In this document: positions 1 through 14,967 of the stretch, in pieces
Position numbering within the stretch: the first letter of the stretch is position 1
Layout of the letters: the number at the start of each line of letters is the position of its first letter
Translations under genes and position numbers: made by a program
Notes under the pieces: model-generated
The model's database searches: none
What the model was told of the DNA's origin: nothing
The model's input: the letters and a program-made list of their open reading frames with translations, nothing else
From: Octopus vulgaris
Lineage: Eukaryota
Assembly: GCA_951406725.2 (NCBI GenBank)
Contig: OX597830.1
Location: forward strand, 34,038,001 to 34,102,000
Direction of reading: 5' to 3'
Length of the DNA: 64,000 bases

Positions 1-17
1 ATGATATTAACGAAAAA

Positions 18-52
<35 letters not shown>

Positions 53-263
53 AAATATGTATCAAAATAATGACAATAAGAATAAAAATAATGAAAATAA
101 TAATATGAATTTTGAATGAAAATTGTTGGAAGAGAAGATTAAAATTTTCTTTCTTTTTTTTTTCTCTCACTGTCCAAATAATTTTCTCTTGGATATTATC
201 GATGTTCTTACAGCATTTTAATAATGTAATATTTTTCGAACATGGCAAGGTGTTGGATGATTG

Positions 264-304
<41 letters not shown>

Positions 305-1092
305 TATATATATACACATATAAATATATATACAGACACACATATATATATAAATATATATATAATATATACATACATAAAATATATATGTATATATATA
401 AATAAATATACATATATAAATATATGTGTGTGTGTGTATATATATATATGTATGTATACATATGTGTGTGTGTATGTGTTTGTGTATGCCTCTGTGAATA
501 TACATCATAGAGATATACATACAAACCTTGTGTATACAGAGTGTGAAATGGCTTCAAATAATTGTGCACTAATTTTGTTGGTGGGGGGTGCTTTATTTAT
601 TAGGATTTTTTAATGAAATCCTTTAATATATTCCAGCTTGCTTATTGCATTCTGTTTCAAAATAATATTTTTTTTTGTTCTAAACACTGCCAAGCTGTGC
701 CTATCTATCCCACCTCATCCATTCCCAGTTCTCACAGCATGGGAACCTCACCACAACAATCACTAGCACCAACACTTTCCCCCCATCATGACCACAAATT
801 CTTCTCTCAATCTTGTATCTATTATCTTACTGACGCCTTTGCCATTAAATATTTTCTTGCATTTTCTCCTCCCTCTTAGTTCTCTCTTTCTCTTTCAAAC
901 TCCTCCTCCTCTCCCCTTTATAATTTACTCCCCCTTCTGGCATACCATGTAATATTTCTTGTTTCTAGACAAATTCTTAATCTTTCCTTCTCCTCCAACA
1001 AACCCAACATTTGCTTGTGCATCTATGTTGCTGTCCATCTCTTCATTTCCTTTTCTCTTGCTATCTTTTTCCTTCTGCCTCTCTCTATACAT

Positions 1093-1154
<62 letters not shown>

Positions 1155-2191
1155 ATGTATATGGGAGGTGGTATTTGTATATGTCAATACATATCTTTGT
1201 GTTTAAATATATGTATGCATATATGTATGTATGTACATATATACACACACGGATATCTATATATGAATAAATATATATTTGTGTTGTACTGCATATCATA
1301 CCATCTTTGGAAAGTGCATTCAAACATTTTCAACTTTTAGTAAATGGTACCATATCAGAGATCACCTAAGAGCCTTAGAATGGTGAGTCTAGCCAATTCT
1401 GAGAGAAGAGAGAGAAGGAGTGAGAGAAAGAGGGGGATAGAGAGAGTAAGTTGTGGATGGAATCAGCACAGAGCATGATTTGTACTTTAATGATGATGGA
1501 ACCATCAAAGGCACTATTGACCTTGCTGGGATTTGAACTCAAGAAGCAAAGAACCAATTTTAAAGCAGTCTTTTCTAACAAGTAAATGTTTACATCGAGT
1601 ACTGCACATTTCTCTGCAAATCCTCATATAAACATTAGCTTTTGCACGAATGATTATTATATATCAGCTCGTCCAACAGCCTTTCCATATTAAAAATCAT
1701 ACTAAATTTAAGAAGGAAAAAAGAACAATTTCCCATTAACTCATCAGAGAATCTACTTCAGCATTGATTTCACTTTGCTTCTCAATGTCACTTATTGTTC
1801 CCAATTAGACATTGCAATTTTTAATACATTTGCAGAATGGTTGAGTTTCTCTGCTGCATCGAACTTTCTAAAGCATCAAGCTTAGCATCCTAAATAATAT
1901 CTTTATAAAACTTTTCAAACGACTGCATTCACTTCTATATTGGCATCATTACTTTGGATGCAAGAAAGCTGTCATGGTATAGTATTACTGTATTTGTATC
2001 ATTGTCCAAATTGATGTTACTGCTATATCATCTATGATGTCAGATTAGGTTGGCTATATATATTACGACAAATCAAACTTGCAACCATTAAACAACAAAT
2101 TTTAATTTGGGAAGGCTGAGCATGTATACATAAGTTATCAAATCTTCACTAACAACAAAACAAAGACTAAGGGGTCAACTTAATTGTAATT

Positions 2192-2425
2192 GTGAGCTGG
2201 CAGAAATGTTAGCATGCCGGGCGAAATACGTAGCCAAATTTCGTCTGCCGTTACGTTCTGAGTTCAAATTCTGATGAGGTCAACTTTGCCTTTCATCCTA
2301 TCAGGGTCAACAAATTAAGTACCAGTTACGCACTGGGGTCGATGTAATCGACTTAATCCGTTTGTCTATCCTTGTTTGTCCCCTCTGTGCTTAGCCCCTT
2401 GTGGGTAGTACAGAAATATGTATTT
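2192..2425 (+). mobile_element. SINE family B, Tx1-like tail type
   Basis: gagctggcagaaatgttagc..gttctgagttcaaattc..tttgcctttcatcc..ttagccccttgtggg. Confidence 0.88.
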
Positions 2426-3474
2426 GCTCAATCATTGGTTATCTGAAAGGTAAAAGACCACCAAAACTTGTAGATTTTTTTCCATTATTTACTTGGTGAG
2501 AGCTGAGATATGTCTTGTTTGAAATGTCATCAGTGCTCTGTTCTGATTTGGGTTATGGTGGGAGGTGAGAGGTATGTTCTTTGTGGTGCTCTTAAACCTC
2601 TTCTCTTAGATCTTTTGGTACTGTTTATCACATAAGAAAAAGCACTCGAATCACAAGAACATTTCAAATGATTTTGATGATGTAGCTTTAAGCTGATTGA
2701 TCAAAATTTAGGTTGTTCATGTGAAATTCACAAGGCTTGGTTGTAACTTACTCATGATTGTGAAATGATAATTTCATGGATAGGGTTCTAATCCCTTCTA
2801 AGGGAATAAGAAAATGAAATGAATGGATGGATGGGAGCAGTATGATGTGGAAGAAAGTAATATATGATTAAAATTAACAATAAGAATTGTCACCCTTTCA
2901 AAAAAGTGTTGTCAGAAAGAGAAAGGAGTAGGTAGGTGCTGGAAGGTATTTTAAGAACAGGAAAAATTCAAGTATGAGAGAGGTATGACTAAGTGTTGGC
3001 AAATTGTTGAGAGCAATGCAAAATAATATATATCTGGAGAAAAAAATATTTGTAAAAATATTTGATAAGATGTAATCAACAAAAATGAACATAAAATGGG
3101 AATATCAAAATAAAAAGAGAATTGGATGGACATTTTGAAATGTCATGGGAAATATATATTATGTCTAAAAATAAAATAAAATTTTTTATAAGTGTATATG
3201 AAACATAAGTTTAACTTTTAATAATTGTAAAAAATTTATATGAATTGCAGTAAGAACAGAATTGCAGGTCATATCACAACACAAGCGATCGTAATTTACA
3301 ATTTCCATAATTGTGGAACCTCAATAACCAGAATCTTCATATTAGGGTTAAGGGGATGTGTGTGATATTATGGAATGCATGTATGTGAAAGTATATATGA
3401 GTGAGTGAATATTTACATTCAGGAAACCTGATGAAAGTGTTAGAGCAAAAAGATTGATAAAAGAGGGACATAAT

Positions 3475-3683
3475 CTCTTTTTTACTAGTTTCACTTATTT
3501 AATTGTGGCCATGCTGGAGCACCACCTTTAGTCGAGCAAATCGACCCCAGGACTTATTCTTTGTAAGCCTAGTACTTATTCTATCGGTCTCTTTTGCCAA
3601 ACTGCTAAATTACGGGGATGTAAATACACCAGCATCGGTTGTCAAGCAATGTTGGAGGGGGACAAACACAGACACAAAAAAAT

Positions 3684-3739
<56 letters not shown>

Positions 3740-3901
3740 GACAGGCTTCTTTCAGTTTCCGTCTACCAAATCCACTCACAAGGCTTTGGTCAGCCCGAGG
3801 CTATAGTAGAAGACACTTGCCCAAGGTGCCACACAGTGAGACTGAACACAGAACCATGTGGTTGGTAAGCAAGCTACTTACCACACAGCCACTCCTCCGC
3901 C
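3475..3901 (-). mobile_element. SINE family A (tRNA-derived, internal TA/TG microsatellite), full length
   Basis: Head ggagtggctgtgtggtaag..ggttc, CORE-like accttgggcaagtgtctt, tail ggtgctccagcatggcc; about 20 copies in window. Confidence 0.9.
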
Positions 3902-4638
3902 TATGTCTGTCAACAAATTATCTTGTACCAGTGTCATTTTGAACAAAAGAAGAATATAAAAGCCCTTACTTGTAAAACAGGTAAGAGTTAAGAACAGGAA
4001 AGGTATCTAGCTGCAAAGTAATACTTCACAAGTAAGTGTAAGTAACCTGTAATAACAGGGTACCCTAGATGTAAGTGAATGAATAATATTTATGAATATA
4101 TATATATGTTACATATTTGCATATAATTTTTCTGAATCTACAGATTTTTCAATATGCTAAGCCACTGGTTTTAAATTGATATCAATCAAATTAATATTCA
4201 ATTTTTGACCCTTATTATTTAAATGCATATATATATATGCATATTTTTGTATGTATATCTGTTGGATATATAGGAACTGGGAAATTCAAAAATGGAGTGG
4301 AGAGAATGATAATATCAAGAGATAGAAAGAGCATAAATTCCATAAGGCCAGGAGAACTAGGAAATTGTGTAGTGTTATATAGAAGAATAGAAGAAAATAC
4401 TCCAAAGAGTTCCAAGATAATGGAAAGATGACAATCAAAAATTCAAATTCAAATGGACACACCAACACACAAACATATGCACACAAAAACATACACTCAC
4501 ACATGTACAAACGCATGCACACATACACACACTCTTATATGCATATGTTCAAAATTGTTTAGGTATGAGAAATTGGGTCAAACAATTGTTGAGAGCAACA
4601 TATCCAGGACCTTAAAGAGGCAGGACTGCATATATATA

Positions 4639-4669
<31 letters not shown>

Positions 4670-5080
4670 ATATGTGTGTATATGTATGTATATACACATA
4701 GGTTGATGGATGGATGGGTATGTGTGTGTGTGTATATATATATATATACACATACATATGCATATATATATATATATATACACATACATACACACACACA
4801 CATATATGTATATATGTATATATAGAGAGAAAGATAGATAGATAGAACTTATACACATTATACACGTATATTGATGTGTGTGTATATGTGTAATGTATTT
4901 TTGCAAAGTGTAGGCAAATGAATATGCAGGATTGTGTGAGTTTATGCAGATTTAATAATCCCCTATACATCATACATTTTCAATGTCATTGTTTTAAAAA
5001 ATTGTGTCAGATTTTACCTTTAGGTTATATGCAAGTAATTAGATGAGCTCTTCATTTAAGGCAATAATGATGATAATAAC

Positions 5081-5136
<56 letters not shown>

Positions 5137-5473
5137 TATCGTTATTAATATTACTATTATTAAAAGTAATATCATTATTATTGTTATTATTATTATTATT
5201 ATTATCATCATAATAATAATAATAATATTACTTTCAATAATAGCAGTATTGATAATGGTATTCTTGTTGTTGTTGTTGTTGTTGTTGCTATTTTTTAATA
5301 ATGATAATAGTTAAACAAGAAATAAATAGATCTTGAATATGCTTACTTCAGAAACATGTCTACTTGAAATTAGTAAAAAAAAATTAAAATAATGATAGAA
5401 AATGTGAAATTATATATATCCAATAAATTCATAGATACATAAGTTTCAGGAGAAATTTGCATGAAAAAAGCAA

Positions 5474-5541
<68 letters not shown>

Positions 5542-6294
5542 CATAATATATATATATATATATATATAATATATATATATATATAGCACAATCTTTCTTA
5601 ATACATATTCATTGCATGCTAGTGTAGGTGTGTGTGTATACATGCACACACATACACACACATAAGTATGAATGTATATTTACGTACACATATGCATATA
5701 TATCAATGCACATATATGTGTATATATATATATATATATATACATGAGTGTGTGTATATATAATAAGTATTATTACAAAGTAACATTTATATATATATAT
5801 ATTTGTATATGTAGTTGTATATCGGTGTATATGTAGTTATATATTTATATATGTAGCTATATACCATTATACACACACAGACATATACACTAAATTGATA
5901 TATAGGCATTATAAAATGTATCTATAGTAAACAGCAGCTCAATAATTTATTACAAAGCAATAGACATTGTGGAATAAATGTGCTTGTTTATAAAAAAGTG
6001 GCTAAAACGATAGTTGCAAGCAATGTATTTAACATAGGAGAAAAGCAGAAAATTCACGGATGCTTCTGAATTTAGTACTTCTAGTTTAATAGGCAGAGTT
6101 AAAAACATCATTTGCCACATATTTATATAATTAATACACATACTAATTTATTGAAATATTATCAGTTACTCATATCATTGATAGAAGTTGAAATGTGGAA
6201 AATAGCATTAAAATAACATTAAAGGTATTCTTGTAACTTTCTGTAAGCTAAAAGTTACATGCATATATATGTCCATTATATATATATATATAAA

Positions 6295-6810
6295 AAAAAA
6301 CAAAATAAGCAACAAGGATATCCAAGGTAGTGTAGTACAATCGTTTCGTGCTACTTCATTTTATTAAACAATGTATTACACCAGTTTTAAAATGTAGTGC
6401 AATCTTCAGCCACATATAGAATTTTTTTAATTAAATGGACAATGTACATTTTTATACTTATTTCATATACTTATTTCATATATATTATATGAAAATCTTT
6501 TCTTTTTAACAAACAGGATTAAAATATTTCAGCTCTTTTATTAGGGTTATTTTTACTGGGAGAGTTAGTGCTAGTATTTTTCTCAGAGTTTCCATTTTGT
6601 ATCTTCCAGCTAGTAAGCTGAACTTTTTAGGTTTGGTTGCAGTACACCATCTTCTGAAGAGGTCCTTAACATAGGTTCATTCAGGTTTTATGGGAATTTT
6701 AATATTGTAGCCAAATTAAGTCTTTTTCATTATATGTGAATGAGGGTATTTATTGTAGATATCGAGTTTTAAAGGTATTTCTGGTAAGGCCAATTCATGT
6801 TTCCAATGCT
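6295..6810 (-). mobile_element. Penelope-like element 3' remnant: decayed GIY-YIG endonuclease followed by hammerhead-bearing terminus
   Basis: Minus-strand translation gives ET*IGLTRNTFKTRYLQ*IPSF (~6805-6740) and NPNKRAEIF*SCLLKRK (~6550-6497). These resemble the PLE GIY-YIG motifs YIGxTxxxFKxRY..H..SF and LNKRxE..SxCRH. An HHR follows at 6414-6331; the element ends at an A/(TA)n tract. Confidence 0.75.
6331..6414 (-). ncRNA. Type I hammerhead ribozyme motif with long stem II
   Basis: Minus strand: tgtgg-CTGAAGA-[ttgcactacatttt...aaaatgaagtagcac]-GAAAC-gatt-GTA-ctaca. Stem I tgtgg/ctaca, intact core, GUA triplet, near-palindromic stem III (acgattgt). Confidence 0.75.
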
Positions 6811-7139
6811 GGAAAACCTTGATCATAGGCCAGCTCAGTAATGAGTATAAACATCATTAGTACAATCTTCAGTCCCAAAAACTGACCACATCATCGTTAA
6901 TATCATCAAAGGATGCCTCTATATGAACGCTCAACCTGCTATAAATAGCAGCCTAATGTTCCCCACAACACACTTTGCAGTATTAATAAAGATATACCTT
7001 GTATAAGGAAATTTTTAGTACACTATCTCGAAAATTGCAAAAAATTTGATGGCCTTCCTTGGAATGTCTTTTGATGATAAACCTGCTTCATCAGAGCTGA
7101 CCTGGAATTCAAGAACAATAACAACTTTCTCTGTGTTAG

Positions 7140-7545
7140 CCAAAGACACCACCATGAAACTTTCCACTACTACCACCACCACCACCAAAAACAACAATAA
7201 CAACCACTACAAACACTGATACCACTACTAATAATACTACCATTGCCAGCACTACAACCATCACCACAACTGATGACACTACTATCAGCATCATAAACAT
7301 CAGAATAATTACCACACCCACTACCACCAACATTATACACAATACCACCACAACTATATCATCATCATCACCATCATCATCATAACAATAACCTTTCTCA
7401 CCATGGCCACAACTACCACCACCACAACCACCGTCACCACAACTACCACACTACAACCACTACCACTACGACCATCACCTCCACCAACACACCCACCACC
7501 ATCACATGCACCACCAGGACCAACACCATCACATAACAAGCCATC
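7140..7545. repeat. (ACC/ACT/ATC)n low-complexity tract
   Basis: Degenerate trinucleotide repeats. Confidence 0.85.
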
Positions 7546-7882
7546 CCCTATATATCTGCTAAAGCAACTTCCTGGAAATCATTCATTGAACTTCTGATAT
7601 ATACCCCTCCCCCCTCTCAACATCGACTCCCACCCTCACATCTCACCCTACTACCCTCCTTCCTCCTCCACCTCTTCCTCCCCATCTCTTCCTGCTGAAA
7701 TGATATATACAGTAAATGGTTCATTTTAGTTTTAATGAACATCTTGAAATAGAAATAGAAAAATGATGAACATTCATTCCATTAACACATATGCTCACAA
7801 ACACAAACTCACTCATACATACACATGCGTCCACACACACACATATGTATAATATAATTTACATACTTATATATTACATCTG

Positions 7883-7921
<39 letters not shown>

Positions 7922-8065
7922 CATATTACATATATATATATAATAATAACAATATACATACGCATATTACACATATCTATCTATATCTATTATAATATAT
8001 ATGTATATACATATCACATCTATCTATCAATATCTATATATCTATCTATATATATTAAATACATA

Positions 8066-8111
<46 letters not shown>

Positions 8112-8751
8112 TTAATATATATATATTATATATATATATTATAGATATGAATATGTGCATATATCTATGTATATATATATAAAAAACATATACATATATT
8201 TTATATATACTCAGATATATATTATTAAAAAATGATTTCCTTCCTCTTATTCATCCAATCTATTAATTTCTTTTTTTTCCTTCATTTATACATGTTTAGT
8301 TTTATAATTTTATTTTATTAGTTGTATTTTTTTTATTTCATTTTTGTTATTGTTATTGAAATGAGATGAAATAATCCTTCTTCAAGACTCTGGCTTGGAG
8401 TAAATGAAATAAACACACATGTATATGCACACACTACATGCATACATATACAATTATACCACATCTAGAACTCCCCCCCCCTGCTGAAATATATGCATGT
8501 GATGTGTGTGTATGCATATACATCTAAATATCTATATATATATATATATAGAACAAACATATATGTATTAATATTTGTTGTTATGGTCACATACATGATT
8601 CATACACACACACTCACACATATAAGTATATATATATGCATATATATATACATATATATATATGTATGTATATATGTATGTATGTATTATATAAATGTGT
8701 GCATATATATCTATATGTGTGTATATCTATATGTATATATATGTATGTACG

Positions 8752-8786
<35 letters not shown>

Positions 8787-9608
8787 GAGTATATATATAT
8801 GTATATATGTATATACACACACACATATATATATATATGTGCATGTGTGTGTATGTGTGTATATATATATATATATATATCCACACACATATATATGTAT
8901 GTGTGTGTGTGTGTAAATATATATATATATGCATATCTATCTATTCATATACATGCATATATATAGATAGATAGACTGATAGATGAATATAAAAAATTTG
9001 TACAATGGAAACCAAAGAAAATAAAAAATGAAAAAATAGAAAACAACTCTCAGAAAATGTGTAAAGTTGGGAGCAAGTAAGGGATGTGAACAGGATTTCC
9101 AAATAATCCAGAGAGTGACAGAGAGAACCAAAGCTGCAGAATGAGGGTGGGGAGGAATGCCAGAGAGCGAGAGAGAGAGAGAGAGCTTGTGAGATTATGT
9201 GTAATCTATAAAAAGTCAATGAAATATAGTGGACAGGAGAGAGAATACTGAATGAGTTAAAGAGAATGATTGATGTAATGAAAAGTATAAAGAAAGACTG
9301 GAGTAAAATGTGATATGTGTATGCTTGTGCAAAAGGAAGGAAAGTGCACTCAATGCATTATCTAGAGTATATGTACTTAATTCTGGTCATCTGATTGATT
9401 GCATACATATATATATTTTTCTATATTATTAGAAATTGAGAGAGAAACAAATAAATACAATGTGTAGTAAAAGAAGTGCATCCTACTGTAAAACTGTTCC
9501 CCAGCAATAAGTATTTAATATAAACCATGGTCACATGTAAAACTAGAGATAAATCTAAACAAATGATTGTGATTGGATTTGGTAGTCAGAAACTGAAAGA
9601 CCCATATC

Positions 9609-9655
<47 letters not shown>

Positions 9656-9987
9656 TATGTGCATCTTTGTGTCTACTTGTTCCCCTGCTCACTTCTTGAC
9701 AACTGCCTATAGTGTGTTTTTATGTTCCCATAATTTAGTGTCTCAACAAAATGGACCAATAGCGCAAGAATCTGGTTTTGAAAAATAAGGACTTGACTTG
9801 ATACATTCAACTAAAATTTCTTCAGGGCGTCACCCCCAGCATAAATGATAAAAGAAAACCGACCTAATGGCAATGCTCTAGTATGGCAACAGCCTCTGAC
9901 TGAAGCTATTAAAAGTATGCATGCATGCATGTATGAATGTATGTATGTATGTATGTATGTATGTATGTATGTATGTATGTATGTATG

Positions 9988-10018
<31 letters not shown>

Positions 10019-10266
10019 GTATGTATGCATCTATCTATCTATCTATATATATATATATATATATATCATCATCATCATTATCGTTTAACATCTGATTTCC
10101 ATACTGGTATGGATTAAATGGCGTGTTAGGAGCTGGCGAAGGCCAGGAGCCACACAGGGTTCCAGAGTCTGTTTTTGGCTTGGTTTCTACTGCTGGATGC
10201 CCTTCCTAATGCTAGCGACTTTACAGAGTGAACTGGATGCTTTTTTAGATGGCATTATTACCAATT

Positions 10267-10315
<49 letters not shown>

Positions 10316-10329
10316 AAAGTATATATATA

Positions 10330-10520
10330 ATGCTGCTGGACCACTGAAATCTACAAGTTACTTTCATTCTCTCACTGTTTATTTTATTCCTTTCTGCTGA
10401 AGAGCATAGGCTCGAAACATAAAAGACTTTATCATTTTCCCTAGCATCAAACTATTACACTTGCTTGTTGTTCATACATCCATTTTCATTTTTTGTTCTT
10501 CTATAAATTTCAACTATATA
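10330..10520 (+). mobile_element. Short (TA)n-flanked repeat with HHR-like motif (10390-10425)
   Basis: cttt-CTGCTGA-a-gagc(atag)gctc-GAAAC-ATA-aaag; homologous to 15535-15710 and 20395-20515 on the minus strand. Confidence 0.6.
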
Positions 10521-10540
10521 TATTTATATATTTGTGTATT

Positions 10541-10730
10541 ATCATGAGTCTTTTTTTTTGTAGCTGGATTTTCTATGGGGAGCATGCCTTTGCTTATCCC
10601 CAACCTCAGTTTCTAGACATGGTCTTGAGACCAAGGCCTCTACCACGATTTTTAAGAAATGTGGTGGAAAACTAGCTCAGGAAAGTAGGGGCACTACTCC
10701 TTGAGACCCCTTTCAGAGCCCCCTACCAAA
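10541..10730 (+). repeat. Unclassified interspersed repeat G, copy 1
   Basis: Closely similar to 48718-48905. Confidence 0.8.
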
Positions 10731-11434
10731 ACCGGGTGAGATGGTGTGAGGGTGGTTGCTATGGCATTAAAACTGCTGACCAGGCTTTGGTTTGCCTGGT
10801 ATTTTAGAAAAAGACACTAACCAAAGGGAGCCATGCAGTAAAATAGAACTCAGAACTACGTAATAGCAAAGTGAATTCTCTAACAACACAGCTATGTCTC
10901 TGCATGGATACGTGCACACACTCACAAACACTCACACACATACACGAGATAGAGAAATAAATAGAAATAGCGCACAGAAAGAATGACATATAAAAATAAA
11001 TTGGAGAGTAATGGACAGAGAAATAGATAGACAGACAGATAAATAGAGAGAGAGAGAGAGGAAAGAAGAGAGAGAGAGAGAGAGAGAGATAATGAAGACA
11101 ATAATAAAGTGAGTATAAGTGAATTTTGAATTTTTCTTGATGAAGTTCTAAGATGGAGGCATAAACTTAATTTATTTCTCTCATGAGGAGAGTTACACAG
11201 GCGGAACATGGAGCATAACATTAAGCTCTCTTAATTTGGAGAAGTCAGTCTAAAATATATGATTAAATGTAATAATCAGAACTGAGAGTACTGCATAATT
11301 GTGAGGTGATTGTTGTCTTAATGTGTGTATATATGTGTGTAAGATAATGTGTCTCTCTGTAATGATGTGTGTGTGTGTGTGAGAGGTGTTAATATGTGTG
11401 TAGTATTAATATTTGTATGCCAATAGTGTTACTG

Positions 11435-11435
11435 T

Positions 11436-11475
<40 letters not shown>

Positions 11476-11559
11476 CATTACTATTATTATTATCATTATT
11501 ATTATCATTATTATTATTATTATTACAATTATTATTATTAATATTATTATTATTATTTA

Positions 11560-11620
<61 letters not shown>
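11435..11620. repeat. (ATT)n microsatellite; others at 5060-5290, 30170-30510, 38685-38800, 59155-59232
   Basis: Direct observation. Confidence 0.95.
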
Positions 11621-12178
11621 GACAGTGAGCTGGCAGAATTGTTAACATGCTGGATGAAATGCTTAGTGGTATTTCATGTTCTGAGTTCAAATTCTGCCGA
11701 GGTCAACTTTGCCTTTCATTCTTTTGGGGTTGATAAAATGAGCACCAGTTGAATAAAAATTGCTGCCCTTGTGGCAAAATCTGAAACTATTATTATTATT
11801 ATTATTATTATTAAGGCGATGAGCTTGCAGAATCTTTAGCACACCTGGTGAAATGCTTACTAACTTTTCATTTGTCTCCACGCTCTAAGTTCAAATTCCA
11901 CCATGGATGACTTTGCCTTTCATCCTTTCAGAGTCAATAAATTCAGTACCAGTGAAACACTGGAGTTGATAGAGTTGATTAGTCTCCACCCCATAGTTTC
12001 AAGCCTTGTGCCTTCAGTAGAAAGGACTATTATTATTAGTATTATTCAGGTGGCATGCTGGCAGAATGGTTAGCATACCGGGTGAAATGCTTACCAGTAT
12101 TTCATGTCTCCTTGTTCTGAGATCAAATCCTACCAAGGTTGACTTTGCCTTTCATCCTTTTGAGGTCTATAAATTAAT
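11620..12178 (+). mobile_element. Three tandem SINE-B copies separated by (TAT)n
   Basis: Heads at ~11620, ~11814, ~12048. Confidence 0.85.
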
Positions 12179-12614
12179 ATCATTTTAATATTCCTTCTTC
12201 CATACTTGAATGACTTTGATGGAGATTACTGAAACAGATTTTCTGTGGCTGGCTGCCCTTTGTGTTAGCAGCACAAACCTGTTTCCAAGTAAGGTTATAT
12301 TTGCTTATAACCAGATGTGCTTTCACAGAATATTGAAAATGAATGACGCTGCTTGTACAACAGTGTTTTTCATTTACAACTATCATGCCATGTCAAAACA
12401 TATTCACACAAATGTACACACACACACACACTATGAACTTCTTACAGCTATCATATCCACCCAGAAGGCATTGGTCAGCCAGTAGATATGTACCCAAGTA
12501 TATACAGAAGCCTTTATTTCCACTCACGCTATTCTGTTGACTTCAGGGTCCAGCCATAGTCTAGTAGTATATCTGTTAAACTAAAAGAAATTTTTTCTTG
12601 GCTCATTCTACGTT

Positions 12615-13230
12615 TTATCTTTTACTAGTTTCAATTATTAGACTGTAGCCATACTGGAGCACTGCCTTGAAAACTTTTAGTCAAATGAATCGACTTCAAT
12701 ACCTTTTGCTTTGAAGCCTGGTACTTTTTCTATCAGTCCCTTTTGCCAAACCACTAAGGGATGTAAACACACCAACTTCAGTTGTCAAGCAGTGGTAGGG
12801 GTCAAACACATTCCCAAAGATGCACATACTCACACACACACAATGGGCTTCTTTCAGTTTCTTATTTCTTTATTGCCCACAAGGGGCTAAACATAGAGGG
12901 GACAAACAAGGACAAACAAAGGGATTAAGTCGATTACATTGACCCCAGTGCATAAGTGGTACTTAATTTATTGATCCAGAAAGGATGAAAGGCAAAGTTG
13001 ACCTCGGCGGAATTTGAACATAAAACGTAAAGACAGACGAAATACTGCTGAGTATTTTGCCCGGCTTGCTAATGTTTCTGCCAGCTCACCACCTTTCAGC
13101 TTCTGTCTACCAAAGGCTTTGGTCAGCCTGAGGTTATGGCAGAAGACACTTGCCCAAGATGCCATGAAGTGGGACTGAACCCAGAACCATGTGGTTGTGA
13201 AGCATGTTTCTTACTGCACAGTCACTCCTT
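12615..13230 (-). mobile_element. SINE-A interrupted by SINE-B
   Basis: SINE-A sequence resumes after 13093. Confidence 0.85.
12862..13093 (-). mobile_element. SINE-B (Tx1-like tail) with ~11-bp TSD
   Basis: TSD ctttcagtttc (12851-12861) / ctttcagcttc (13093-13103). Confidence 0.9.
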
Positions 13231-14067
13231 CTAGCTTCTACCAGCTCAAATGTATATGTAACCATTGTCACTCATGTCTAGACTGAGTTCTGCTGGCTTG
13301 AAATATTTGAAATAAACCAGGTTTCCTTCTTTTCTACAAGAATCAATTTCCTTCATTCATTCACTTTTACTTCTATCAGTGAAGGCATTTAGCTTTGCTT
13401 ACAATGAGGAATTAATAAATAATAACAATCTAAGTATCTAGGTATGGAAGACCAACGGTACTAGGCACCAAAACATTAGACCTCCTCTCTCATTACAAAT
13501 AAATTTATTCTAAACCAAGGGTTTCCTTCTTCCTCATTAGAAACTAATTTATTCCAACCAAGAGTACTGCCCATCAAAATATTGAACCTCCTATATTTCC
13601 TCATGGCAAACGAATCCATTGCAATCAAAGATACTAGCCACCACCTCTTTACAAACTCATTTCTTCCATCTAAGGCTAGTAACTACCAAAGTATCAGATC
13701 TTCCTTCCTTCTTTATAGCAAACAAATTTATATCAGTCAGTAAATTGTTTGTGTTTAACTATTTAGTGACAGAGGCCAACACTAATTCTTGCTGTTTCAC
13801 TTTGTTTATAAACATAACGAGACTTCTTAATTTGGCTCCAAGCTTCAATTGAATTAGTCTGCAGGAGATTCCTGATAATTCGAGTCAACTTCAATGAGAA
13901 GAAATAATAGGAAGTTTTGATGATATGATGTCTGTGGTTGTTTGTATGGTCATGTGTAAATAACTGTTAAATTTGTGTGCTTATGTTTGTGTGTGTGTCA
14001 GACAAAAAGAATGTGGTGATGTGTGAATGTGTGGATGTGTGAATGTGTGGATGCATGTGAAAATGTT

Positions 14068-14099
<32 letters not shown>

Positions 14100-14360
14100 A
14101 GAATATGAGTGTTCATGTGTGTATGCATGTGCTTGTACATGATGGGGTGTTTTTTTTTCTATGTATATGAATACGTAGAATATGTTTTGTGCATCAGCAT
14201 GTGTGTATATGTAAATATGAATGTTTGTGTGTTCGTCTGCATATGTGTGTGTGTGTGTGTGAGATATTTTCTATGTATGTGTTAATCGGATTTGTATGTA
14301 GGCGTTTGTATAAGGAAAGTGTATGTTAGTTTGTCCTAATCATTTTGTTTATATCTAAAT

Positions 14361-14397
<37 letters not shown>

Positions 14398-14707
14398 AAT
14401 GTGTATATGAGTGTGTATGTGTCTGTCTGTCTGCATGTCTGTGTGCATATCTGTGTCTGTGTAGTAATTGAAATAATAAATAAGAAGAGACATTGAGTTT
14501 AGCAAAAAGAAAAAAAATAAGTAGAAAAGACAAATCAGACAAATTAAAATGTAAATTATAAAAAATAAACTTCAAATTAACAATTAAAAAATTCTAAATT
14601 TCGATAAAAAATTTCAGTAAATGTGTGTGGCTGATCATATATATTTAACTCAGAGTGAACATATACATGTGTACATATAAAAATTTTTATTTATATATAT
14701 ATATATA

Positions 14708-14738
<31 letters not shown>

Positions 14739-14929
14739 ATACATATAAATAATATATCATATATATATATGCACACATATATATATATACACGATATATA
14801 TAATATAATATGTATAATTATTTATATGTAATATAAATATGTATATGGCATATATATATATATATAGTATATACATATTATATACCTATATATATATATG
14901 TATATAATATATAACAAACACACACACAC

Positions 14930-14966
<37 letters not shown>

Positions 14967-14967
14967 T

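Noticed and set aside
1715-1755. Minus-strand ctgatga-gttaatgg-gaaa
   Set aside because: No stem I or stem II pairing; probably chance.
1600-2055. Possible RTE RT remnant (minus-strand IIDDIAVTS)
   Set aside because: Only one short motif; too degraded to support without BLASTX.
3503-3868. Recurring peptide 'SVSVYQIHSQGFGQPEAIVEDTCPRCH' in several ORFs
   Set aside because: Antisense translation of SINE-A, not a gene family.
7403-7597. Thr/Pro mucin-like ORF
   Set aside because: Degenerate (ACC)n tract; no splice or domain support.
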